Of a DNA stretch of 11,542 nt, positions 1 to 8,444 are shown one piece after another. The DNA comes from Snowella sp. Its GTDB lineage: Bacteria; Cyanobacteriota; Cyanobacteriia; Cyanobacteriales; Microcystaceae. Position 1 is the stretch's first letter, and each line of letters opens with the position of its first letter. The stretch covers positions 1 to 11,542 of the forward strand of contig JAYKGY010000096.1 of the NCBI GenBank assembly GCA_035285545.1, in the 5' to 3' direction. Both the position numbers and the translations under genes were made by a program. Below the pieces are notes generated by a model, which saw only the letters and a list, made by a program, of their open reading frames with translations, was not told where the DNA came from and did not search any database.

Positions 1-870
1 GCGATCGCGAATTTATGTATGGCGGCTCTACTCGGCGCGAGATGGCTAGAAGCAGGCTATTTTCCCATTAGTAATCTTTATGAATCCCTCTTTTTCTTAG
101 CGTGGGGACTTACGACAGTTCATTTAATTGCGGAAAACATGAGCCGTAGTCGTTTAGTTGGCGTTTTTACCACTCCCGTTGCGATGGGAATTACAGCCTT
201 TGCGGCGTTAACGTTACCCTCTGATATGCGGGTTTCGGCTCCCTTGGTTCCTGCCCTTAAGTCCAACTGGTTAATGATGCACGTCAGCGTCATGATGATT
301 AGTTACGCCACCTTGATGGTCGGTTCCTTGCTCGCGATCGCGTTTTTGGTGGTCACCAGAGGCCAAGCTGTTGAATTGCGCGGTAGTTCGGTAGGAACAG
401 GTGGCTATCGACCAGGACAATTATTGAAACAGGCGACTACGTTACAAACGGAAACCCTTAATTCGGCTGAAATCAGTAACAATGGTGGCGTTGCGGTTTT
501 AGAAAGCGTTAAAACGGCTGAAGATAGCCTGATTCTCTCTCCCCAACGGTTGAGCCTCGCAGACACCTTAGATAATATCAGTTACCGCATTATTGGTTTA
601 GGTTTCCCGTTGTTAACCATTGGTATTATTGCCGGTGCGGTTTGGGCCAATGAAGCCTGGGGTTCCTATTGGAGTTGGGATCCGAAAGAAACGTGGGCCT
701 TAATTACCTGGCTGGTGTTTGCGGCCTATCTCCACGCACGGATTACCAAGGGGTGGCAAGGTCGGAAACCCGCAATCCTAGCGGCAACGGGTTTTATGGT
801 GGTTTGGGTTTGCTATCTAGGGGTCAATATTTTGGGTAAAGGCTTACATTCCTACGGTTGGTTTTTCTAG
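1..870 (+). CDS. ccsA: Cytochrome c biogenesis protein CcsA (system II heme channel/lyase; called CcsB in some annotations), 5'-truncated by the window edge
   Basis: WWD motif [13 protein letters not shown], plus the conserved [21 protein letters not shown] and [10 protein letters not shown] segments. Frame 1 is open from base 1 ([12 protein letters not shown]...), so the ATG at 19 is probably internal. Confidence 0.96.
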   Translation, partial: AIANLCMAALLGARWLEAGYFPISNLYESLFFLAWGLTTVHLIAENMSRSRLVGVFTTPVAMGITAFAALTLPSDMRVSAPLVPALKSNWLMMHVSVMMISYATLMVGSLLAIAFLVVTRGQAVELRGSSVGTGGYRPGQLLKQATTLQTETLNSAEISNNGGVAVLESVKTAEDSLILSPQRLSLADTLDNISYRIIGLGFPLLTIGIIAGAVWANEAWGSYWSWDPKETWALITWLVFAAYLHARITKGWQGRKPAILAATGFMVVWVCYLGVNILGKGLHSYGWFF

Positions 871-871
871 A

Positions 872-1657
872 TCACAGATCGAGAATGGTTTGAACCCACT
901 GAGGTGGTCGGGGAATGGCATTGCCTAAGCGATCAAAAACCAAGAGGGCGACTAAATGAACCACAAACACATAGACCAAGTTGTTAAAGAAAATCATTAG
1001 GATCGCGATCGCTTGAACGAGGGCAAATTCGGGTTGGGCTAAGATATTTAACTTCAAAAACAGCCAATCAACTAAACTGGTCATTTGAATAATGGCATAT
1101 TGCCATAAATTTTCCCCTAATAGGATAGAAAATAGCCAAACTCGGAAGAAAAAGCCAAAAGTGCCAATTAACGACCCTGAAAAAACCGAAAATACCCAAG
1201 GGGCCTGCCGTCGCCAACAAAATCCCAGTTGTAAACTTAATAATCCATAGGGGATTAGGAAGACAATGCTACGGGTTGGCCCCATTAAAACGGACAGTAA
1301 TAAACCTGCAACAATTACGCCTTTTGTGGCTGCGCGATGCCCCCAACGGAGATAAACCAAGGCAATCGGAACGGAATAAAAGATGGTTAAGACCGGGCCC
1401 AACGGGAAATAATAATTAATTAACCAGATTAAACTGGCGGTACTGGCTAAAAAAGCCGTTTCTACCATCGCCAACGTTCGGGGAGACTTGAGCAGCGATC
1501 GCCCCCGTGATCTCGTCGGTTCTGTTGCTGCGATTTCCGCGATCGGCTCTGACACCGTTTCTGATTCTCCCCAATCTACCCAATTCCTATCCTCATCTGA
1601 TGCGGAAGAAGGGTCAATATTCGATGTAGAAGACGGATTATCAGCCGAAAAACTCAT
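872..1657 (-). CDS. DUF2232 (YybS-like) integral membrane protein with an acidic, low-complexity N-terminus
   Basis: 261-aa ORF with several hydrophobic helices. The motifs LAMVETAFLASTASLIWLINYYFP, PIALVYLRWG and LLSVLMGPTRS resemble cyanobacterial DUF2232 proteins (recognition, not a search). Confidence 0.8.
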   Translation of the reverse strand: MSFSADNPSSTSNIDPSSASDEDRNWVDWGESETVSEPIAEIAATEPTRSRGRSLLKSPRTLAMVETAFLASTASLIWLINYYFPLGPVLTIFYSVPIALVYLRWGHRAATKGVIVAGLLLSVLMGPTRSIVFLIPYGLLSLQLGFCWRRQAPWVFSVFSGSLIGTFGFFFRVWLFSILLGENLWQYAIIQMTSLVDWLFLKLNILAQPEFALVQAIAILMIFFNNLVYVFVVHLVALLVFDRLGNAIPRPPQWVQTILDL

Positions 1658-1787
1658 AAAAAATAAACGAATAAGGAGGTCGTCAATTGTGGTTATCTTA
1701 TCCTCCGTCTATCAGCACTGCTCTTATAATCAGAGGGCTGGAAGGATAAAGCGCAAATTGATTCTATATTTAATTATGTCTTTCTAC

Positions 1788-1943
1788 TTACCAATCTGAA
1801 TACAGGGAAGAAGATTTTTCCCAATCGCTGTAATCTCTAGTCAACGCTTTTTCCAATTCGGGTAAGTCGGACATTTCTAATAATCGCTCTTCGTCCGGTT
1901 CTTCCCCAACCTCGGTTAAGGGTTGCACGACTTTCGCGATCGT
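1788..1943 (-). pseudogene. Orphan diverged copy of the 3' end of the GTPase/DUF697 gene (displaced C-terminus)
   Basis: Translates TIAKVVQPLTEVGEEPDEERLLEMSDLPELEKALTRDYSDWEKSSSLYSDW*, versus AIAKVVQPLTDVWEEPEDEEAEEVEEERLLEMSDLPELEKALTRDYSDWEKPQSSYHDW* at 3079-3258. 1815-1892 matches 3106-3183 at 77/78 nt, and 1921-1942 matches 3236-3257 exactly. Confidence 0.93.
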
Positions 1944-1946
1944 TAA

Positions 1947-2123
1947 TCACGTTATTGCTTCTGGAGTGATAACATCAGGGCACAGAAATTGGATTTCAAC
2001 ACCATTATTAACTAACGGTTTATAAAACTCAGCCCAATCTGAATCGACTGCATTCACAATCGGCGGGTGATCGGAAGTCGCCAAAGCAACCGCAACAAAT
2101 TTACGGTCTGATAGATCAAAAGT
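1947..2123 (-). pseudogene. 5'-truncated remnant of a PIN-like domain protein (C-terminal 58 aa)
   Basis: Translates TFDLSDRKFVAVALATSDHPPIVNAVDSDWAEFYKPLVNNGVEIQFLCPDVITPEAIT*. DxxDRKFVAVA followed by a hydrophobic strand and DSDW resembles the end of a PIN fold. An in-frame TGA lies immediately upstream (2124-2126) and no start codon precedes the conserved motif. Confidence 0.7.
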
Positions 2124-2152
2124 TCACTTGAACGAGAAAAAAAGTATTGATA

Positions 2153-2404
2153 TCATGATTCTCTCTCGCTCCCTACATTATGCTGATTTGACACAAACTC
2201 ATTGACTAACGCAATATCAATATTTAATTTTTCAGCAATTTCTGTAATTGATAACCCCAATTCTATCAGTAGAGGAATCGTTTCAAGTTTACCCTTGAGC
2301 AGACCTATCTGTTCTCCTTTCAAAAGACCTCGCTGCTCTCCTTTTAAAAGACCCCTTTGTTCTCCCTCTTGTAAAATTTCTTGATAAACGGCGGATTCTT
2401 TCAT
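2153..2404 (-). CDS. Candidate internally translated small Rpn protein (RpnS-like intragenic antitoxin), 83 aa
   Basis: The minus strand reads TTAC-GGAG-CGAAATT-ATG-AAAGAA: GGAG at 2415-2412, a 7-nt spacer, then an in-frame ATG at 2404 (MKESAVYQEIL...). Confidence 0.6.
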   Translation of the reverse strand: MKESAVYQEILQEGEQRGLLKGEQRGLLKGEQIGLLKGKLETIPLLIELGLSITEIAEKLNIDIALVNEFVSNQHNVGSERES

Positions 2405-2992
2405 AATTTCGCTCCGTAAAATTGTTTTAATAATCTCTGGTTTGAGAACAAGTCCTCCAAATACCGAACTTGCTGCCATTAAATTGGCTTTAACGCGATT
2501 GTCCGTAATTGTCTCTAAAACCTCTGCAACTTGTCTCAATTTTAATTCGGGATCAGAACTTTCGGTTAATACCGCTAGAGGCAATAAACCTAAGCTTTTT
2601 AGGAATAAATCAGACGATTGTTCCCAAAGGCGAATTACCCGATAACGATGAGTCGTTTCTCCAAGTTGAAAACTATCTTGATACACTAACTCCGATTTAG
2701 TCGGTTTCAGATAAATAACCACCTGATGCATGGTTTTATTTGGAAAACGGCGATAAACTCTCACTCGATAATCGAGCATTCTAAAACCCATTGTTTCATC
2801 GGGTTCTGTCTGAAATTCTAAATGTAAAACGAAGTCTTCTGATTGTTCGAGAATGAGAGAATCAGCGCGAATAGGTTCTAACGATAATTCTGTTGGACTT
2901 AGTTTGGTCAAGGTAACAGGACTGCCGAGCAACCAAGTGGCATAATCTTCAGAAAAGTTTTCGGCTAGAAATTTGCATAAATTGTCAAACAT
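2153..2992 (-). CDS. Rpn family (recombination-promoting nuclease / putative transposase, PD-(D/E)XK) protein
   Basis: MFDNLCKFLAE start, EPIRADSLI and LHLEFQT nuclease motifs, FRMLDYRVR, QVVIYL, and a C-terminal MKESAVYQEILQEG plus GEQRG repeats typical of cyanobacterial Rpn proteins. ATG at 2992 is preferred over TTG at 2998. Confidence 0.9.
   Translation of the reverse strand: MFDNLCKFLAENFSEDYATWLLGSPVTLTKLSPTELSLEPIRADSLILEQSEDFVLHLEFQTEPDETMGFRMLDYRVRVYRRFPNKTMHQVVIYLKPTKSELVYQDSFQLGETTHRYRVIRLWEQSSDLFLKSLGLLPLAVLTESSDPELKLRQVAEVLETITDNRVKANLMAASSVFGGLVLKPEIIKTILRSEIMKESAVYQEILQEGEQRGLLKGEQRGLLKGEQIGLLKGKLETIPLLIELGLSITEIAEKLNIDIALVNEFVSNQHNVGSERES
2294..2365 (-). repeat. Three tandem 24-nt coding repeats (GEQRGLLK, GEQRGLLK, GEQIGLLK)
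   Basis: Units at 2342-2365, 2318-2341 and 2294-2317, differing mostly at synonymous positions. Confidence 0.9.
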
Positions 2993-3078
2993 AAACAAAT
3001 TTTAATGAATTTGACAATTGAATTTGATCATTTTTGTTGAGCTTTCCAAAATATTAATGTTGAAGAACCGATCAAACG

Positions 3079-4737
3079 CTACCAATCATGATAACTGGAT
3101 TGAGGTTTTTCCCAATCGCTGTAATCTCTAGTCAACGCTTTTTCCAATTCGGGTAAATCGGACATTTCTAATAATCGCTCTTCTTCGACTTCTTCCGCTT
3201 CTTCGTCCTCTGGTTCTTCCCAAACATCCGTTAACGGTTGCACGACTTTCGCGATCGCGTCTTTCACAAAAGCCTTAATAAACTCATCCTTGCGACTCAA
3301 TTGGAATTGCCGTTGAACTACTTCCGTAATGCCCCCATCCCCCCAATCTTGATCCTGACGGAAATATTCCACAAAACTTTTACCTGCAATGCGGGTTAAA
3401 TAGGCGGCGGTAATTCCTTGAATGACTTTACCGATAATGTAGGTTGTAACCTGAAACTGTAAAGCTCTGGCTAAAATTTCTACTGCCCCTTTGACGACCC
3501 CTAAACTCACAAAAGTCTTGCCTAACGAGACGGCTAAATCCTTACCGCGATCGCTGTTTAATTCGCACCCATAAACCTTGCCAATTTCCATCACCATTTG
3601 GGCATTCACTGCCGCAGTTGCCAACATATCAACCACAGGCAAAGGCGTAACCGCAATCACTCCTGCCCCAATCCACTGATAACGCTCAATAATTTTATCC
3701 GCCTCGTTGCGTCGCTGTTGATCAATGAGTTGTCGGGCTTCTTCCCCTAAGCGTTGGGACTGCAACAAGATATTGTCAGCTATTAAATCTTCCCCTTCAG
3801 AGCGCAAAACGGCAATTAATCGCTGAATTAAAGGAGTAATTTCAGGCTCAGGTTTAATCATTTCCCCAGAGCGCGATCGCAGGGGTTGAGGGTTAGCGGC
3901 AATGGGAATAATATCAACAGCAGCAATAAAATCCTGAACCCGTTGTTGCAAGGTTCCTAAAATTTGATTTAACTCATCGTCGGGATAGAGATCGGTTTTG
4001 TTAAAAACTAAAAAAGAGCGTTTACCAATGGCAGCCAAAGCTTGTAGGGGTTCATATTCCGACTGTCGTAGGTCATTATCAATGACGAACAATAATAAGT
4101 CAGCCTCGGTTGCCAATTGTCGGGCTAACTTTTCCCGTTCTGTGCCTGCAATGCCCGCTTCTAAAATGCCTGGGGTATCGGTAATTAAGATTTCACGACT
4201 CATTCCCTTTAAGGGTAAATGGTAGGTTTCCCCAATTTGGGTGGTTCCCATCGTTGCCGCCACACTGCCCACGATTTCCCCAATCAAGGCATTAACTAAC
4301 GAAGTCTTTCCCGCCGAACCTGTCCCAAACACCACAACCTGTAAATTTCCCCTGGTTAAACTTTCGGCAATTTGCTGCGATCGCTTAAAAAGGGCTTCTT
4401 GGGCAACCTTATCTTGAATTTGTTTAACTTGCCGACGAACTGCTTTGAGGGTTTCTTCAGCGGCTTCCGTTTTTTGTTCGGGTAATCGTACATTGAAGCG
4501 ACCCTTACGCCCTTTTTTACGGGCTTTTTGCTGACGGGAAAGATTAAAATAATAAATAAAAGCGTAAATCAGTAAGCCGAGTAAACCAATAATAAATAGA
4601 ATTAAAATATTGGCTAAAAAGGGCGATGTCCAAGACACCTGAAAGTAGAGCCGAAAAATCGAATTAATCAGCCAAATCATCAAGCCTAAAACAATGCTGA
4701 GGCCGACGGCAAGCGTAATTAGACGGGGAAGGGGCAT
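3079..4737 (-). CDS. Membrane-anchored P-loop GTPase with C-terminal DUF697 (YcjF-like family)
   Basis: Two N-terminal hydrophobic helices; G1 GTGSAGKTS, G3 DTPG, G4 NKTD; DUF697-like AVTPLPVVDML...QGITAAYLTRIAG; acidic tail. Confidence 0.88.
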   Translation of the reverse strand: MPLPRLITLAVGLSIVLGLMIWLINSIFRLYFQVSWTSPFLANILILFIIGLLGLLIYAFIYYFNLSRQQKARKKGRKGRFNVRLPEQKTEAAEETLKAVRRQVKQIQDKVAQEALFKRSQQIAESLTRGNLQVVVFGTGSAGKTSLVNALIGEIVGSVAATMGTTQIGETYHLPLKGMSREILITDTPGILEAGIAGTEREKLARQLATEADLLLFVIDNDLRQSEYEPLQALAAIGKRSFLVFNKTDLYPDDELNQILGTLQQRVQDFIAAVDIIPIAANPQPLRSRSGEMIKPEPEITPLIQRLIAVLRSEGEDLIADNILLQSQRLGEEARQLIDQQRRNEADKIIERYQWIGAGVIAVTPLPVVDMLATAAVNAQMVMEIGKVYGCELNSDRGKDLAVSLGKTFVSLGVVKGAVEILARALQFQVTTYIIGKVIQGITAAYLTRIAGKSFVEYFRQDQDWGDGGITEVVQRQFQLSRKDEFIKAFVKDAIAKVVQPLTDVWEEPEDEEAEEVEEERLLEMSDLPELEKALTRDYSDWEKPQSSYHDW

Positions 4738-4769
4738 GGAAACAGTCCCAAGGAAACGATGATTTTTCT

Positions 4770-4775
4770 ATTATA
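4770..4775 (-). promoter_or_regulatory. Candidate -10 element for the GTPase gene
   Basis: Perfect TATAAT on the minus strand about 32 nt upstream of the ATG at 4737. No clear -35, and the region is AT-rich. Confidence 0.35.
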
Positions 4776-5216
4776 TTCGATACAATTTACTAAGTTTTTA
4801 ACGATAATTTTGAAAGAAGTAAATTAAATTGATTAAAAAAAAGAGATTCTATAGCCCAAAAATAAGCGTATTGTGTTCCTAGACTAACTTGGCACGATTA
4901 AAACTTTTACTACCCAAAGATTGATTTTTTTAAAAATTTTTCATTTTTATTATTATAAATTTGTGTTGCCAGGAGTATTTTTTCTTGTGATTAAAAATAA
5001 CCAATTGATTAGGTCTATTTTCTTTCGCCTGACAGCGTTCTCGATCTGCTAGTTCAATTGAAATGTAGCTTGCTTGATTCGGTAAAAGCCAAAAACTTCG
5101 TTAAAGCAATCCTATAACTCAATGTTAGTTAAGCGTTAATCGGGGACATCCCACTTTTGAGCGAGATAGAATGTGAAAGAATATAAAAATATAATGGCAA
5201 TGATTTTCAATCATTA

Positions 5217-6815
5217 CTAGAGATTGGAACTTACCAATATTTCTCGCTTTTCAGTGCTGTCTATCAGTTTTGGTTCTTCTTGTTTTTGGGCTAAATATTC
5301 AGCTAATTGGGATTCAATTTGATCGCGGACAATTTGCCGATATTCGAGGAAATGTTCAACATGGGCGCAGGTCGCTAAATAATGTTCAGCAACACTCGGA
5401 TTGCGTTTAATCATGCTGAATAGGTGATGCCAAAATTTCCAACGGGTTTCGCGTTTAATTCCTTGTCGCCAGATAACTAAGAGTAAGGCTCTAACAATGA
5501 CCCATTCCGGCATTTTAGCGGGGGCTTTCCACTTCGGCGACCCCATCATCAAGAAACACCGATAGGTACGGTCTAAATATTTGACAGGATCGTACAAGGT
5601 GCAAAAAGCTTCTATATATTCTCTAGCAATTTCTTCTAAAGGGCGAGTCGGAATAAAATTCATCAAGGTGGTTTGATTAATGTTACCATCCTGATTTTCT
5701 CGCAATCTTCCTTCCTTTTTCAATCGATGCCATAAGGCCGTATTCGGTAAAGCCTGTAACATCGCAAACGTGGTAGAAGGAATACCAGCTTGTTCTGCAA
5801 ATCGGACAATGCGATCGCCGGCTCCTGACTGCTCCCCATCAAAGCCAATAATAAACCCTGCCATAGGTCGTAATCCCGCTTTAATAATCGTTTGAACCGA
5901 ATCCGCTAGGGAACTACGGGTATTTTGAAACTTTTTGGTTAACTGTAAACTATCTTCATCAGGGGTTTCAATACCTAGAAAGACCGCCGCAAAGCCCGAC
6001 TCCACCATCAATTCCATTAATTCGGGATCTTGTGCTAAATCAATAGAGGCTTCCGTATCAAAACGGAATGGATACTGATGCGCTTCCATCCAAACTTTTA
6101 ACTCTTTCAGCAATAATTTAACGTTGCGTTTATTGCCAATAAAGTTGTCATCCACCATAAATACCCCCCGTCGCCAGCCCAATTCATAGAGATAATCCAA
6201 CTCAGCTAACAGTTGGGCAGGGGTTTTGGTTCTGGGTTTGCGGCCATATAAAACGATAATGTCACAAAATTCGCACTGGAAGGGGCAACCCCGCGAAAAT
6301 TGCACCGACATCATATCATAGGCATCCATTTCCAACAGATCATACCGAGGAATAGGGGTTGTAGTGACATCGGGCTTATCCGTTGCCCTAAAGACTCCTT
6401 TGGTTTCTCCCCGTTCGACGGCTTCCACAAACAACGGTAAGGTGAGTTCTCCTTCATCCAAAATTAAAAAGTCAACCCCTGCGGCTTCTACTTCGTGGGG
6501 AACGGATGTGGCATAAGGCCCACCGACAGCAACTAATTTACCCCGCCGTTTACTTTCCCGTACATGGTCTAATAAATCATGACGCTGGACGATCATGCCC
6601 GATATAATGACGATTTCAGCCCATTCCCATTCTTCTTCGGTGACTGTTCGGATATTGCGATCAACCAATTTAAATTCCCAGTTTTGGGGCAGAATCGCCG
6701 CAACGGTAATTAAGCCTAAAGGCGGCAGCAAAACTTTACGATTTACCAATTCGAGGATTTTTTCGTATGACCAAAAGGTGGGCGGAAAAAGGGGATAAAT
6801 TAGTAAAGCTCGCAT
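5217..6815 (-). CDS. B12-binding domain radical SAM protein (DUF4070-type C-terminus; class B methylase-like)
   Basis: N-terminal cobalamin-binding region (PPLGLITVAA...VAVGGPYAT...DEGE), CxxxCxxC motif RGCPFQCEFC, VDDNF, GIETP and GFIIGFD. Confidence 0.92.
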   Translation of the reverse strand: MRALLIYPLFPPTFWSYEKILELVNRKVLLPPLGLITVAAILPQNWEFKLVDRNIRTVTEEEWEWAEIVIISGMIVQRHDLLDHVRESKRRGKLVAVGGPYATSVPHEVEAAGVDFLILDEGELTLPLFVEAVERGETKGVFRATDKPDVTTTPIPRYDLLEMDAYDMMSVQFSRGCPFQCEFCDIIVLYGRKPRTKTPAQLLAELDYLYELGWRRGVFMVDDNFIGNKRNVKLLLKELKVWMEAHQYPFRFDTEASIDLAQDPELMELMVESGFAAVFLGIETPDEDSLQLTKKFQNTRSSLADSVQTIIKAGLRPMAGFIIGFDGEQSGAGDRIVRFAEQAGIPSTTFAMLQALPNTALWHRLKKEGRLRENQDGNINQTTLMNFIPTRPLEEIAREYIEAFCTLYDPVKYLDRTYRCFLMMGSPKWKAPAKMPEWVIVRALLLVIWRQGIKRETRWKFWHHLFSMIKRNPSVAEHYLATCAHVEHFLEYRQIVRDQIESQLAEYLAQKQEEPKLIDSTEKREILVSSNL

Positions 6816-7154
6816 AGGAATCGTAAATTAGGATTAATGGAGAGCGGAAGATAAATGAGACTAACCTTTTATAGCACGAAAATCAAAACAATCAAGATCC
6901 TACGGCATTTATTTAGGTTTTAGGAGTATTTTTACAGCATTAAGGTTGACAGTATCAATTTATTTATAACCTAACCATAGAGAATGACCGATAATCACTT
7001 GGGTATTTGGACGCAATCTTCTGGGATAAAGTTCTCAGGATTGGTGATGAAGGGAGTTAAACCGGCGGTTAAAATCGCTTCCCCATTTCCTTCTTTTGCC
7101 GTAATTTCTAAATTTAAATCGAGTAAAAATTGTACCGTTTAATTTCCCTTAAAC

Positions 7155-8297
7155 ATGACAGATGCTTACGATTGGATAGATAATGCCTTAGCAACGATTC
7201 ATCAAGCTAAATGGTATCGTTCTGTGAAAGCTATCACGAGTCCTCCTGGGCCAATTATTGAACTTGACGGTCAATCTTTAATCAATTTTGCCAGTAATGA
7301 TTATTTAGGATTAGCCTCCCATCCCCGCCTAAAGCAAGCTGCAATCCAAGCGATTGAACAATGGGGAACGGGTAGTACGGGATCTCGCCTATTGAGTGGT
7401 CATCGTCCCCTGCATCAAGAACTCGAAACCGCGATCGCGGAATTTAAACAAGCCGAAGCCGCCTTAGTGTTTAGTTCAGGGTACTTGGCCAATTTAGGAA
7501 CCATCACCGCCCTAGTGGGACAACGGGATTTAATCCTCAGCGATCGCTATAATCACGCCAGCTTGAAAAACGGATCAAAACTCAGTGGTGCCCGTTTGAT
7601 GGAATATGACCATGGCAATCCTCAAGATTTACAGCAAAAATTACACGAAAACCGCGATCGCTATCGACGTTGCCTCATTGTAACTGATAGTATTTTCAGT
7701 ATGGATGGAGATGCTTGTCCTCTCCCCGACCTGGTTAACCTAGCTCAAACTTACCATTGTATGTTGCTGATTGATGAAGCCCATGCAACCGGCGTTATGG
7801 GAAAAACCGGCGCAGGCTTAGCCGAACATTTTGACTGTCCACGAACCAACATTATTCAGATAGGAACCCTCAGTAAAGCCCTGGGGAGTTTGGGGGGATA
7901 TGTGGCAGGAAGTAGCAAACTGATTGATTTTTTACGAAACCGTGCCTCAACCTGGATTTATACAACGGGTTTATCCCCTGCGGATACGGCTGCTGCCCTA
8001 GAAGCCATCCGTCTTATTCAACAGGAACCGGAACGCCGTCAGCAATTATGGAACAACATCAGGTTTTTAAAAGAAAATCTGACTCAATGGCAATTCTTTC
8101 CCTCAGATTCCCCTATTCTCTGCTTAAAACTCAATAATCCTAAAAATGCATTAGAATTTGCCGAAAAATTACGAAATAATGGTTTTTTTGTCCCTGCTAT
8201 CCGTCCACCCACGGTTCCGACAAGCCGCCTTCGTTTTTCGATCATGGCAACCCATGATTTAAATCACATACAAAAGTTGATAACTGCCTTGCAATAG
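7155..8297 (+). CDS. bioF: 8-amino-7-oxononanoate synthase (PLP-dependent, biotin synthesis)
   Basis: [46 protein letters not shown]-lysine motif GTLSKALG, and AIRPPTVP. Confidence 0.95.
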   Translation: MTDAYDWIDNALATIHQAKWYRSVKAITSPPGPIIELDGQSLINFASNDYLGLASHPRLKQAAIQAIEQWGTGSTGSRLLSGHRPLHQELETAIAEFKQAEAALVFSSGYLANLGTITALVGQRDLILSDRYNHASLKNGSKLSGARLMEYDHGNPQDLQQKLHENRDRYRRCLIVTDSIFSMDGDACPLPDLVNLAQTYHCMLLIDEAHATGVMGKTGAGLAEHFDCPRTNIIQIGTLSKALGSLGGYVAGSSKLIDFLRNRASTWIYTTGLSPADTAAALEAIRLIQQEPERRQQLWNNIRFLKENLTQWQFFPSDSPILCLKLNNPKNALEFAEKLRNNGFFVPAIRPPTVPTSRLRFSIMATHDLNHIQKLITALQ

Positions 8298-8444
8298 GGA
8301 TAGAACGATTTGGATATCAAGATTTTCGGTAAAAAATTTCTCAAACTAAATTTTCAACAAAACCGTATTCTCCCTTGATAACCAATAACTTAATTGGAAG
8401 AGTTCAACTTGTTAGCCCTCACTGAGTCACTGAAACCTTGCTTA

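Noticed and set aside
1488..1799. 103-aa + strand ORF
   Set aside because: Largely antisense to the DUF2232 gene, with no recognisable motifs; likely a shadow ORF.
2202..2700. Three short + strand ORFs (2202-2384, 2442-2645, 2509-2700)
   Set aside because: Antisense to the well-supported Rpn gene; their repeats only mirror the Rpn repeats.
1944..3078. Absence of HIP1 in the islet as evidence of foreign origin
   Set aside because: With 14 sites in 11.5 kb, gaps of this size also occur in core genes here (e.g. 7662-9851), so it is not informative.
1788..3258. Duplicated segment as a DGR template/variable repeat pair or as a transposon target-site duplication
   Set aside because: No reverse transcriptase is in the window, the differences are not adenine-specific and include a 24-nt indel, and ~155 nt of diverged sequence is far too long for a TSD.
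6946..6972. TTGACA as the -35 of a bioF promoter
   Set aside because: No acceptable -10 at 16-18 nt spacing (TATAAC is at 13 nt, TAACCT at 15 nt).
7123..7135. GTA-N7-TAC upstream of bioF as an NtcA site
   Set aside because: The spacer is 7 nt rather than the canonical 8.
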